Source: a virus (taxonomy: Duplodnaviria; Caudoviricetes). Taken from it: a DNA stretch of 64,000 nucleotides. The notes beneath the pieces were generated by a model. The model had not been told where the DNA came from. It saw only the letters and a list, made by a program, of their open reading frames with translations, and made no database searches. Below, one piece after another: positions 55,070 through 62,835 of this stretch (positions are counted from its first letter, which is position 1; each line of letters begins with the position of its first letter). Made by a program: the position numbers and the translations under genes. The stretch covers positions 2,113-66,112 of the IMG/VR virus record IMGVR_UViG_2823679482_000007; one strand, given 5' to 3'.

Positions 55070-55327
55070 TCAGGCGGCGACCTCGGGCTGAGGAGTAGGC
55101 GCCGGGCGCTGCACCTCCGCAGGCCAGACCGCATCCGGGGGCCAATTGTCGGAGAACCACTGCAAGGTTCTCGCAAGGCGCTTCACGCCGATATCGCACT
55201 CGCCGGACCGGAGTTCGGCGAGGCGAGAACTGTCCTGGAGGGCCCGCTTCGAGACCGTAGTCTGAGGCACGCCGCAGGCCGCGCCGTAGGCGTCAGCTAT
55301 CGCCAGAAGTGAGGAGATGCCCGTCAT
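55070..55327 (-). CDS. cro: Cro-like repressor
   Basis: Divergent from cI; TTVSKRALQDSSRLAELRSG...LQWFSDNWP.DA.WP. Confidence 0.8.
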   Translation of the reverse strand: MTGISSLLAIADAYGAACGVPQTTVSKRALQDSSRLAELRSGECDIGVKRLARTLQWFSDNWPPDAVWPAEVQRPAPTPQPEVAA

Positions 55328-55339
55328 GGGCCAAGAGGT

Positions 55340-55413
55340 AGGGTATAAATACCCCATCGGTCAAGGGGAGACATACCCCTCTCCACCGGCCATAGCGGGG
55401 GTAATAGTACCCC
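55340..55413. promoter_or_regulatory. Right operator: three 16-bp sites GGGGTA-N4-TACCCC
   Basis: 55340 AGGGTATAAATACCCC; 55364 AGGGGAGACATACCCC; 55398 GGGGTAATAGTACCCC (perfect). TTGACC on the minus strand at 55364-55359. Confidence 0.82.
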
Positions 55414-55415
55414 GC

Positions 55416-56153
55416 ATGGAACGCCCCTTCGTCCACCGCATCCGAGAACGGCTTGAGGCGACCGGCAAATCGGTTCGCAAGGCGGCCCTTGATGCTGGTC
55501 TGAGCGAAACCGCGCTGAAGGATCTGCTCGCCAACGAGAAGCAGTGGCCGAAGCTCGACACGCTTCAGAAGCTCGCCGTCTCTCTCGAGACCGATCCGGC
55601 TTGGCTGGCGTTTGGCGGTGATGACGTGGTCGAAGAGGCGAGGGCCGCCAGCGCGGCGATGCCGCCGGCCTCCCTTCCGGTCGTGGGAGAAGTGGCGGCA
55701 GGCCGCTGGCTTGAGGCCGATGATCATGTGGACGTGCCGCCCTACGATCCGGTCCCGGTCCAGCCGGACGCGCGATGGCCTGTTGAGGCTCAGTACGGCC
55801 TGATGGTGCGCGGCACCTCGCTCAACCGCGTAGCCCTAGATGGCGACATCCTCGCCTGCGTAGACGCGATCGCGGCGCGCTATCGTCCTCGGGAAGATGA
55901 CCTCGTGATCGTCGAGATGCGCCGGAACGCAGGCCTGCTGCGGCAGATGACGGCCAAGCGCTATATGCGGCTCAGCACGCATATCGAGCTGTGGCCCGAT
56001 TCGGATGATCCGCGCTGGCAGACCCCCATCATCATCCCGCATCCTGAAGACGGCTTGTCCTCGGCCGTCGAAGACGAGGACGGCCGGATCGAGGTGAGGA
56101 TCAAGGCTATGGTGACGTGGATTCACCGACCGATGCAGCGCCGCGGGCGCTAG
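55416..56153 (+). CDS. cI: CI-type repressor (HTH plus S24 autopeptidase)
   Basis: HTH SVRKAALDAGLSETALKDL..PKLDTLQKLA; VAAG cleavage site, GTSL (Ser), TAKR (Lys). Confidence 0.93.
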   Translation: MERPFVHRIRERLEATGKSVRKAALDAGLSETALKDLLANEKQWPKLDTLQKLAVSLETDPAWLAFGGDDVVEEARAASAAMPPASLPVVGEVAAGRWLEADDHVDVPPYDPVPVQPDARWPVEAQYGLMVRGTSLNRVALDGDILACVDAIAARYRPREDDLVIVEMRRNAGLLRQMTAKRYMRLSTHIELWPDSDDPRWQTPIIIPHPEDGLSSAVEDEDGRIEVRIKAMVTWIHRPMQRRGR

Positions 56154-56404
56154 AACGGTAGCTGATCCGACACCCCCGGCGGCACGGCCCCAAACACCGC
56201 GAAGGTGATTGCCTCGCCTTCGTCGAACTCACCGCCGCCGCGCCGCAGGAAGGCCGCCGACCCGGCCGCATAGCCCTGCTCTACCCGGGCTTCCGCATAC
56301 CGCCGCGCCTCGTCGGCATCCTTGCACTGCGTGAACCGCCCCTGGGCCAGCTTGCCCTTTCCATCTCGAACGAAGGTCTGCACGCCGTAAAGATCGCTCG
56401 CCAT
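56150..56404 (-). CDS. LexA-boxed small protein convergent on cI; paralog of 7335-7589
   Basis: MASDLYGVQTFVRDG...FGAVPP; its stop overlaps the cI stop (CTAG 56150-56153). Confidence 0.75.
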   Translation of the reverse strand: MASDLYGVQTFVRDGKGKLAQGRFTQCKDADEARRYAEARVEQGYAAGSAAFLRRGGGEFDEGEAITFAVFGAVPPGVSDQLPF

Positions 56405-56452
56405 GAGTCGGTGGGTTCCTGATGGGGTAGCCCTATCGGAGTGTGGACGAGA

Positions 56453-56467
56453 GAACATTGCAAGAAC
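56453..56467. promoter_or_regulatory. Alphaproteobacterial LexA box
   Basis: GAAC-attgcaa-GAAC, perfect; 49 bp upstream of ATG 56404 on the minus strand. Confidence 0.88.
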
Positions 56468-56516
56468 AGAAGTCAGTGGCCTGTGGACGAATGTGGAAGG
56501 ATTTGCGCCCCACTTC

Positions 56517-56569
56517 GGGGTAAATATCCTCCAGCGGTCTTGACGGGGTAAAAATACCCGATCTATGAT
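56517..56569 (+). promoter_or_regulatory. PL-like promoter with two operator sites
   Basis: GGGGTAAATATCCTCC (56517) and GGGGTAAAAATACCCG (56545); TTGACG-18nt-TATGAT. Confidence 0.78.
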
Positions 56570-56587
56570 CCTTCATCGCCCCCAGCG

Positions 56588-57891
56588 ATGGAGCCTCTGG
56601 TGCCCCACCCCGCCGATTACTGGATCGACCGCCTCGACGGCGCCTTCGCCATCTTCTCTGCCTCTGGCACCGAGCTTGAGGGCATCGAGAGCCGCGGCGA
56701 CGCGCAGAACCACGTCCTCGACCTTATCGAGCGCGACCGCGTCGCGGCCCAGGAGGAGCGCGCCGCGCAGGACGACTTCGAGGCCCAGCAGTTCGCCGAG
56801 GCCGCGTGATGATCGCGTTCCTCAACTCCCTCCCGCCGCTCCAGGCTGTCGCGGTCCTGGCCTTCGGGCCCGGCACCTGCGCCGTCGGCCTCGCCTTCTG
56901 CCTGTACGAGGCCGGCCGTTTGGTCCGCCTCGCGATCACAGGGCGGCTGTGATGGCGGCTCCGACCCATCCCGATCCCTGCGGCGCCCGCTGCGAGACGG
57001 CCGACGCGCTGCGCGCCCTGCGCAACCTGCTCGAAGCCGCTGCGAACGAGGCCGCCCGCATCCGCGCAGGCGCCGCCCTCGGCAACGCCGACCGCTTTCA
57101 GGTCATCGAGGCTGTCGATCTCGGCCGCGATGCGCTGGCGCTCGCCGGCATCCTCGGCGCCGTGCCGGCCGCGGCGACCGACGCCGATCCCTCCCTCACC
57201 ACCGATTCCCGCGAGGCAGCATGAGCGCGCTCTCGAATGTCGTCTGGGTGGTCGTCTTCGCCCTGCCGCTGATCGTCATCGGCATCGGGGCTCACATGGC
57301 CGGCGCCGACCGCCGCCCCCACCGGAAGGGCCGTGGCCGTGGCTGAGCGCATCCCCTACCGCCTCACCGTCGAGCGCACCGACGACGGCCCGCGCCTCGT
57401 CGCGATCGGACCCGACGGCGAGCGCGCCGCCGAGTTCGATATGGACCGGGAAGGCGCCCGCACAATCGCTGGCGCCCTGCTCGCCGCGACCGGCGACGCC
57501 TTCGAGCGGACCCTCACGACGGAGGCCGCCCGTGGTTGAGCGCACCCCCGAGCAGCAGGCGTTCGCCGACCTGTTCCTGTCCCTCGGCGTTCGCCTCCCG
57601 CTGCGTGTCGGCGGGTTGCTCGGCCGCGAGATCCGTGACGCCGACGGGCACACGCTCCTGATCGTCGTGCCGACCCGCAGCCAGTCCGACGACCGCGCCA
57701 GAGCGCTCGCGATCGTGAGTGCTGCGAACGCCGGCACCGGCACGCCCGACCACGAGGCCGCCCCGCTCCCGGTGCTGCGCCCTCTCACGGCCGACGTGAT
57801 CCGGGCCGCGTCCGACCCCTTCGACCCCGAACACCTGATCGCCGTGGCGCGAGCCGCCCGGATCGCCCGTCGCACGAATGCCGCGGAGTGA
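56588..57891 (+). other. Run of six small coupled early genes (56588-56809, 56809-56952, 56952-57224, 57221-57346, about 57340-57539, about 57532-57891), two of them membrane peptides
   Basis: Stop/start overlaps, GC3-rich, C-terminal AA/AAE typical of these phage genes. Confidence 0.65.
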
Positions 57892-58619
57892 CCCCCATGG
57901 AGATGATCGACAAGGCCGGGATGCGGCCGACCGTGCGCATCCATCACGACCTCTATCAGGGCACAGAGGAGTGGCTCGCCGCCCGCTGCGGTATGCTCAC
58001 CGCCAGCGAGATGGGGCTGATCATCACCCCCACGACGTTCAAGGCCGCAAAGAACGAGAAGGAGCGCGCACACCTTTACGAGCTGCTCGCCCAGCGCATC
58101 AGCGGCTACGTCGAGCCGCACTTCGTCAGCTTCGACATGATGCGCGGCCACGAAGACGAGATCGAGGCGCTCGCCCTCTACGCGAAGCACTTCGCCCCGA
58201 CCGAGGCCGTCGGCTTCGTCACCAACGACAAATGGGGCTTCACCATCGGCTATTCGCCCGACGCCTTCGTCGGCGCCGACGGCCTGGTCGAGACCAAATC
58301 CCGCCGGCAGAAGTACCAGATCGAGACCTTCGTCGTTCACGTCCTCGCGGAGACGATCCCCGCCGATTACGTGATCCAGATCCAGACCGGGCTCCTCGTC
58401 AGCGAGCGGTCGTGGTGTGACCTGATCTCGTATTCGGGCGGACTGCCGCTGGCCCGCATCCGCGCGTACCCCGACCCGAAGATCCAATCCGCGATCGTCG
58501 AGGCGGCCGAGGGGTTCGAGACCCGGCTGGAAGAGGCCCGCGCCAAGTACCTCGAAGCCATCGAGAAGGCGGGCAACATCCCGACCGTGCGCCGCGTCGA
58601 GGGGGAGATCCTCGCGTGA
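57888..58619 (+). CDS. YqaJ/lambda-exonuclease family nuclease
   Basis: QGTEEWLAARCG.LTASE, MMRGHE.E, GYSPDAFVG..GLVETKS, QIQTGL. Confidence 0.9.
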   Translation: MTPMEMIDKAGMRPTVRIHHDLYQGTEEWLAARCGMLTASEMGLIITPTTFKAAKNEKERAHLYELLAQRISGYVEPHFVSFDMMRGHEDEIEALALYAKHFAPTEAVGFVTNDKWGFTIGYSPDAFVGADGLVETKSRRQKYQIETFVVHVLAETIPADYVIQIQTGLLVSERSWCDLISYSGGLPLARIRAYPDPKIQSAIVEAAEGFETRLEEARAKYLEAIEKAGNIPTVRRVEGEILA

Positions 58620-59167
58620 TGGCCGAGATCTGGAGACCCGTCGTCGGCTTCTCGGAGTACGAAGTCAGCGACCTCGGGCGCGTTCGTCGCTGCCGGCCCG
58701 GTGCCCGCAACCACAAATGCGCAGTCCTGCGCCAGTGGGTCGGCAACCACCAGTATCTGACCATCGGGCTTACCCTCGGCGGCAAGATCTACCGTCGCCT
58801 CGTTCATCGCCTCGTCTGCGAGGCGTTCCACGGCCCGGCCCCCTCGACGGGGCATCAGGTGGCGCACGGCGACGGCACGCGCCGGAACAACCGGGCGGAC
58901 AACGTCCGGTGGGCGACCCGCGCAGAGAACATGGGCGACTGCCTGAAACATGGCACCCGCGCCACCGGGCGTCGCCACGGGCGAACGACGAAGCCGGAGC
59001 GCACGCCGCGCGGCACGCGTCACGGACACGCGAAGCTCAATGAAGCCGTCGTCATCGCAATCCGAGCGGAGAACAACCGCTCTGGAAGAGCAATAGCCGC
59101 CGAATACGGCGTCTGCCCCGCAACAATATCCCTGATCCGGACGGGCAAGATCTGGAGACATCTATGA
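58616..59167 (+). CDS. NUMOD4-HNH homing endonuclease
   Basis: EIWRPVVGFSEYEVSDLGRVR; VHRLVCEAF.G...VAH.DG...NNRADNVRW. Confidence 0.92.
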   Translation: MMAEIWRPVVGFSEYEVSDLGRVRRCRPGARNHKCAVLRQWVGNHQYLTIGLTLGGKIYRRLVHRLVCEAFHGPAPSTGHQVAHGDGTRRNNRADNVRWATRAENMGDCLKHGTRATGRRHGRTTKPERTPRGTRHGHAKLNEAVVIAIRAENNRSGRAIAAEYGVCPATISLIRTGKIWRHL

Positions 59168-59811
59168 CCGATCTAAGCCTGACCATCGCTCCCCGATCAG
59201 ACCAGCTCAACGCCGACGACCTGATCGGCGGCCCCCGCACCATCAGAGTCACGCGCGTCTCGCCGATGCGCGAGCCCGACCAACCGATCGCGATCTTCTT
59301 CGAGGGCGACAACGGCAAGCCCTACAAGCCCGGCAAGTCCATGCGGCGCGTGCTCGTGCGCGTGTGGGGCGTTGACGGGGCCGCCTACGCCGGCCGCCGG
59401 ATGACGCTCTACCGTGACGACTCCGTGATGTTCGGCGGCGTCGCCGTCGGCGGCATTCGCATCAGCCACATGTCGGACATCAGCGAGAGCGTGACGCTTC
59501 CGCTCACGGTGACCCGCGCCAGCCGCAAGCCCTTCACGGTCCGACCGCTTCCGGCCGAGCGCGCCCCGAGCGGCAGCAAGCCGACCGGCGAGGACACGCG
59601 GACCAAGCTCCTCCGCATCGCCCGCGAGAAGGCCGCCCTTGGTGCCGCCGATCTCGATGACTGGCTCGGCAAGTTGAAGCCCGATCACCGCGCCATGGTG
59701 GACGAGATCGAGGCCGAACTGCGCGACCGCGCGGCCGAGGCCGACGACCGCCTGCCGCCGGATGACGAGAGCTTCCAGGGATTCGCTCCTGCCGACGAGG
59801 AGGTCGCCTGA
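59164..59811 (+). CDS. Putative recombination (ssDNA-binding/annealing) partner of the exonuclease
   Basis: DQLNADDL.GGP.TI, KPYKP.KSMRRVL..VWG, FGG..VGGIRISH; syntenic with the YqaJ gene. Confidence 0.6.
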   Translation: MTDLSLTIAPRSDQLNADDLIGGPRTIRVTRVSPMREPDQPIAIFFEGDNGKPYKPGKSMRRVLVRVWGVDGAAYAGRRMTLYRDDSVMFGGVAVGGIRISHMSDISESVTLPLTVTRASRKPFTVRPLPAERAPSGSKPTGEDTRTKLLRIAREKAALGAADLDDWLGKLKPDHRAMVDEIEAELRDRAAEADDRLPPDDESFQGFAPADEEVA

Positions 59812-59812
59812 C

Positions 59813-60361
59813 ATGGCCGCGTCCCCCCAGCCCACCGACCCGCGCAACGCGCACGAGGCGCACGCGCGCATCCGCGCCATCCAGCAGCGCCAGGACGAAG
59901 CGGCCCGGCGTCGCCTCGAACAGACAGGCGACCGCGAGGCGGCCGAAGCCGTCGCCCGTGCCGAGGCCGAGGTCATCAGCCTGCGGACGAAGCTGCAGGA
60001 GGAGCGTCACGAGAACGAGGCGCTTCGCCAACGGCTCCGGGCTCTGCACGAGACCCTGGTGAGCCGACTCACCCTGCCGCCCGAGTGGGGGCTTAGCCCG
60101 CAGGAAACCGCGCTTCTTCTCGCGGTCCGCCGCGCCGGGCATCGCGTGCTGACGAAGCGCCAAGCCTTGGCCGCACTGTTTCCGGACGACGCAGATGCTC
60201 GGCATCCCGGATCGGCCACCATGACGATGGCCAGGCTCCGGCGCCGTCTGGCGGCCGCAGGGGTTTCGGTCACGATCGAGACCCACGAGCGGCGGGGTTA
60301 TCGGATGTCCCCGAGCAGCCTCGCTGTCGTCGATGCCGCGGTGACGGGTGCACCCGCATGA
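59813..60361 (+). CDS. Coiled-coil plus winged-helix DNA-binding protein
   Basis: LSPQE..LL, ..RLRRRL...IETH..RGYR (OmpR-like wHTH). Confidence 0.7.
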   Translation: MAASPQPTDPRNAHEAHARIRAIQQRQDEAARRRLEQTGDREAAEAVARAEAEVISLRTKLQEERHENEALRQRLRALHETLVSRLTLPPEWGLSPQETALLLAVRRAGHRVLTKRQALAALFPDDADARHPGSATMTMARLRRRLAAAGVSVTIETHERRGYRMSPSSLAVVDAAVTGAPA

Positions 60362-60810
60362 GCGCCCCCGTCATCTACTGCGCCGATTGCGGCACCGAGT
60401 GCGAGCGCGTCACCGGTCGCGAGGCCGGCGCCCGCGAGCCCGACCTGATCGACGCCCAGGTCTGGGCCTGCCCGTTCTGCCCCGATGCGTGGGCCCCGAG
60501 CGCGGCCGATGGTTCGGCGGTCGGGCTCCCGGCCGGCGAGGAGACCCGCAACGCCCGCGCCCTGCTGCGCGAGCGCCAGGTCGAGCGGCTGATCACCGAG
60601 GCCCTGCGCGACGTCCCGAACGGCCGGACCATCGCCGAGGAGCGCGTCGCCGCCTTCCTCGCGCACGAACTGCGCCTGCCGATCGATGAGGCGGCGATCG
60701 AGCGCCTCAACATCGAATGGTGCCGCCGTGCGTGGCGGGCGCTCCAGGGCGCCTCCTACGCCGACGCTGTCCGGCACGCCCAGACCTTCCGCCCAAGGAA
60801 AGCCGCCTGA
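60358..60810 (+). CDS. Zinc-finger protein (DUF3268-like)
   Basis: CADCG...WACPFCPDAW...G.PA..E.R.AR. Confidence 0.7.
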   Translation: MSAPVIYCADCGTECERVTGREAGAREPDLIDAQVWACPFCPDAWAPSAADGSAVGLPAGEETRNARALLRERQVERLITEALRDVPNGRTIAEERVAAFLAHELRLPIDEAAIERLNIEWCRRAWRALQGASYADAVRHAQTFRPRKAA

Positions 60811-61276
60811 TGCGCCCGCTCATCATCGACAGCTTCGCGATCAGCGATACTCAGCGCGCCTCCCGCAGCACCCGCCGGGCTTCCTGCTCAAACACCGTGT
60901 GCCGAACTGAGGCCGGACCATCGGTTGGCGCATCCCTGCCTTCTTCGCGCACGCAGCGGAGGAAGCGCTGCCGGCTGAACCCAAACGGACGAAGACTGGT
61001 GATGAGCGCGCGCAGCACGAGGCGCACGGCTTGCTCGCGCTCTTCGGCGACGGCGAGGCGCGCTTTTAGAGCCTCCAACTCACTCGGGGCTTCCGGCAAC
61101 AGCATCGGCAGCCCTGATCGCTTGTCACCAACCACCCTGATTCTCCATGGTTTTGCGTCAGGCTTTTGGCTCGCGGATCGGCTGTTGTCGATCGGAACAC
61201 AGGCACACCCGGACGTTTTCCGCGCCGCCCGGCCGCCGCCGTCGACATGCCCCTGTTCACCGTCGCCGCGGAGTGA
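60810..61276 (+). pseudogene. Remnant of a DNA cytosine methyltransferase gene (N-terminal 10 codons plus C-terminal tail) replaced by an inverted gene
   Basis: MRPLIIDSFA is the start of C5-MTase motif I, broken before GxGG; tail ..VDMPLFTVAAE* at 61274. Confidence 0.5.
60851..61135 (-). CDS. Small helical protein inserted on the opposite strand
   Basis: MLLPEAPSELEALKARLAVAEEREQAVRLVL...; GC3-rich. Confidence 0.6.
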   Translation of the reverse strand: MVGDKRSGLPMLLPEAPSELEALKARLAVAEEREQAVRLVLRALITSLRPFGFSRQRFLRCVREEGRDAPTDGPASVRHTVFEQEARRVLREAR

Positions 61277-61279
61277 GCC

Positions 61280-61669
61280 ATGCGACTGCTGACCAACGGA
61301 ACGACACGCCTTGTGCTGGTGATCGGGTGCTACGCTCTCAAGATCCCGCGCAGCCAGACGGGCCGCCGCTGCAACGCCCTTGAGGTTGAGATCTGGCGCG
61401 AGTCCTCGGCAGAGCGGCGGGCGATCCTCTGCCCGGTTCTCGCAGCCCTGCCCGGCGGCTGGCTCGTCGTCATGGCAGCGGCGGAGCCAATCAGCGCAGC
61501 CGAGGCGGAAGCGCTCTTAGAAGGCTGGGGCTTCCCGGATTGGGATTATGTGCCCGGCGGCCGGAGCGAGCCCTTCGAGTACAAGGCATCAGACTGGGGC
61601 CGCCTCTCCGGCAAGCTCGTCGCCGTCGATTATTCGGCCCCCGCCCTCGACCAGGATGAGGAGGGCTGA
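61280..61669 (+). CDS. Minimal protein-kinase-like fold protein
   Basis: GTTR.V...ALKIP (beta3 Lys), N.LE (alphaC Glu), EYKASDWG (catalytic-loop-like), VAVDY (DFG-like). Confidence 0.5.
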   Translation: MRLLTNGTTRLVLVIGCYALKIPRSQTGRRCNALEVEIWRESSAERRAILCPVLAALPGGWLVVMAAAEPISAAEAEALLEGWGFPDWDYVPGGRSEPFEYKASDWGRLSGKLVAVDYSAPALDQDEEG

Positions 61670-61671
61670 TC

Positions 61672-62100
61672 GTGGTCGCCTATAGCTTCAAGAAACGGTT
61701 CGGCCCGCCGATCCTCGCCGGCACGAAGGCGCAGACGATCCGCGCCGACCGGAAGCGCCATGCCCGCCAGGGCGAGGAGCTTCAGCTCTACACAGGGATG
61801 CGGACGAAGCATTGCCGGCTCCTCGGCCGCCCGACCTGCCTCTCCGTCATGCCGGTGCGACTGTGCTTCTCCGAACGCAGCGCGACGGAGCTTTTCGCGG
61901 TGGGCGGCGAGCTGCTGAGCCCGGCCCGGATGAACGCCTTCGCCCGCGAAGACGGCTTCGAGAGCGTCGAGGACATGGCCCGGTTTTGGTGGGCCGAGCA
62001 CCCGCCGGAGAAGGGCGACCGCATCGCCTTCGAGGGCGTGCTGATCCGCTGGCAACCGCTCGACGTCGCCCCCGTCCTTCCCACCGCCGCAGCCGAGTGA
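61672..62100 (+). CDS. ASCH/PUA-like protein
   Basis: FKKRF..PILAGTK.QTIR..R, LQLYTGMRT, FAR.DGF. Confidence 0.75.
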   Translation: MVAYSFKKRFGPPILAGTKAQTIRADRKRHARQGEELQLYTGMRTKHCRLLGRPTCLSVMPVRLCFSERSATELFAVGGELLSPARMNAFAREDGFESVEDMARFWWAEHPPEKGDRIAFEGVLIRWQPLDVAPVLPTAAAE

Positions 62101-62105
62101 CCGCC

Positions 62106-62537
62106 ATGGCCTACGCCGAGACCACAAAGGTGCCGATCGCGCAGAGCCGCGCCGAGATCGAGAAGTTGCTGAAGGCGGCCAAGGCGACGCGCGTCATCAC
62201 CATGGACGATTACCTCGAAGCGATCGTCATGTTCATGCTCGCCGGCCGGCTCATCAAGATCGTGGTGCCGATCGCCGGCAACGCGAACGACCAAGTGCGC
62301 CGGTCCCGCTGGCGCGCCCTTCTGCTCACCATCAAGGCGAAGCGCGAGGCGATCGAGAACGGCATTGAGACCGTCGAGCAGGCCTTCTTGAGCCACGTCG
62401 TTCTGCCCGACGGGCGCACCATGAGCCAATGGGCCGAGCCCGCGCTGCAACTCGCCTACGACAGGGGCGAGATGCCGAGCGACCCGTTGCGGTTGCCCGC
62501 GCCGTCCACCACCACCGCACGAGGTCCCCGTGGGTAG
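62106..62537 (+). CDS. Conserved phage hypothetical protein
   Basis: YAE.T.VP..QSR.EIEKLL, WRALLL.IKAK.EA.E.GIE..EQAFL.H.VLPDG.T. Confidence 0.7.
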   Translation: MAYAETTKVPIAQSRAEIEKLLKAAKATRVITMDDYLEAIVMFMLAGRLIKIVVPIAGNANDQVRRSRWRALLLTIKAKREAIENGIETVEQAFLSHVVLPDGRTMSQWAEPALQLAYDRGEMPSDPLRLPAPSTTTARGPRG

Positions 62538-62835
62538 CGCTCGCACCTCGGCTCCGGCCCAGGAGCCATCCTGCCTGTATCCCGATGAGGCTGAACTCGC
62601 GCGCGTCGTGCTCGGCCCGAAGCGCGCGAAGGCGTGGGGCGGTCTCGCCGCCGTCCTCGAGCGCAGCGGCCTGCCGAAGGTCGACCCGATGATGGGCGGT
62701 CGCTACTGGCCCGCCGTCCGAGAATTTCTGGACCGCTACCACCATACCGGCGACCATGCCTCCACCCGGCACCAGGGCCGGAGGGAGGAGGGTGTCCATG
62801 CCAGCGGAGCACGAGTTGCACGCGCCCGGTCTTAA
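62530..62835 (+). CDS. Putative excisionase (RDF)
   Basis: GLPKVDPMMGGRYWPAV..FLD winged-helix-like; overlaps the integrase start. Confidence 0.6.
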   Translation: MGSARTSAPAQEPSCLYPDEAELARVVLGPKRAKAWGGLAAVLERSGLPKVDPMMGGRYWPAVREFLDRYHHTGDHASTRHQGRREEGVHASGARVARARS

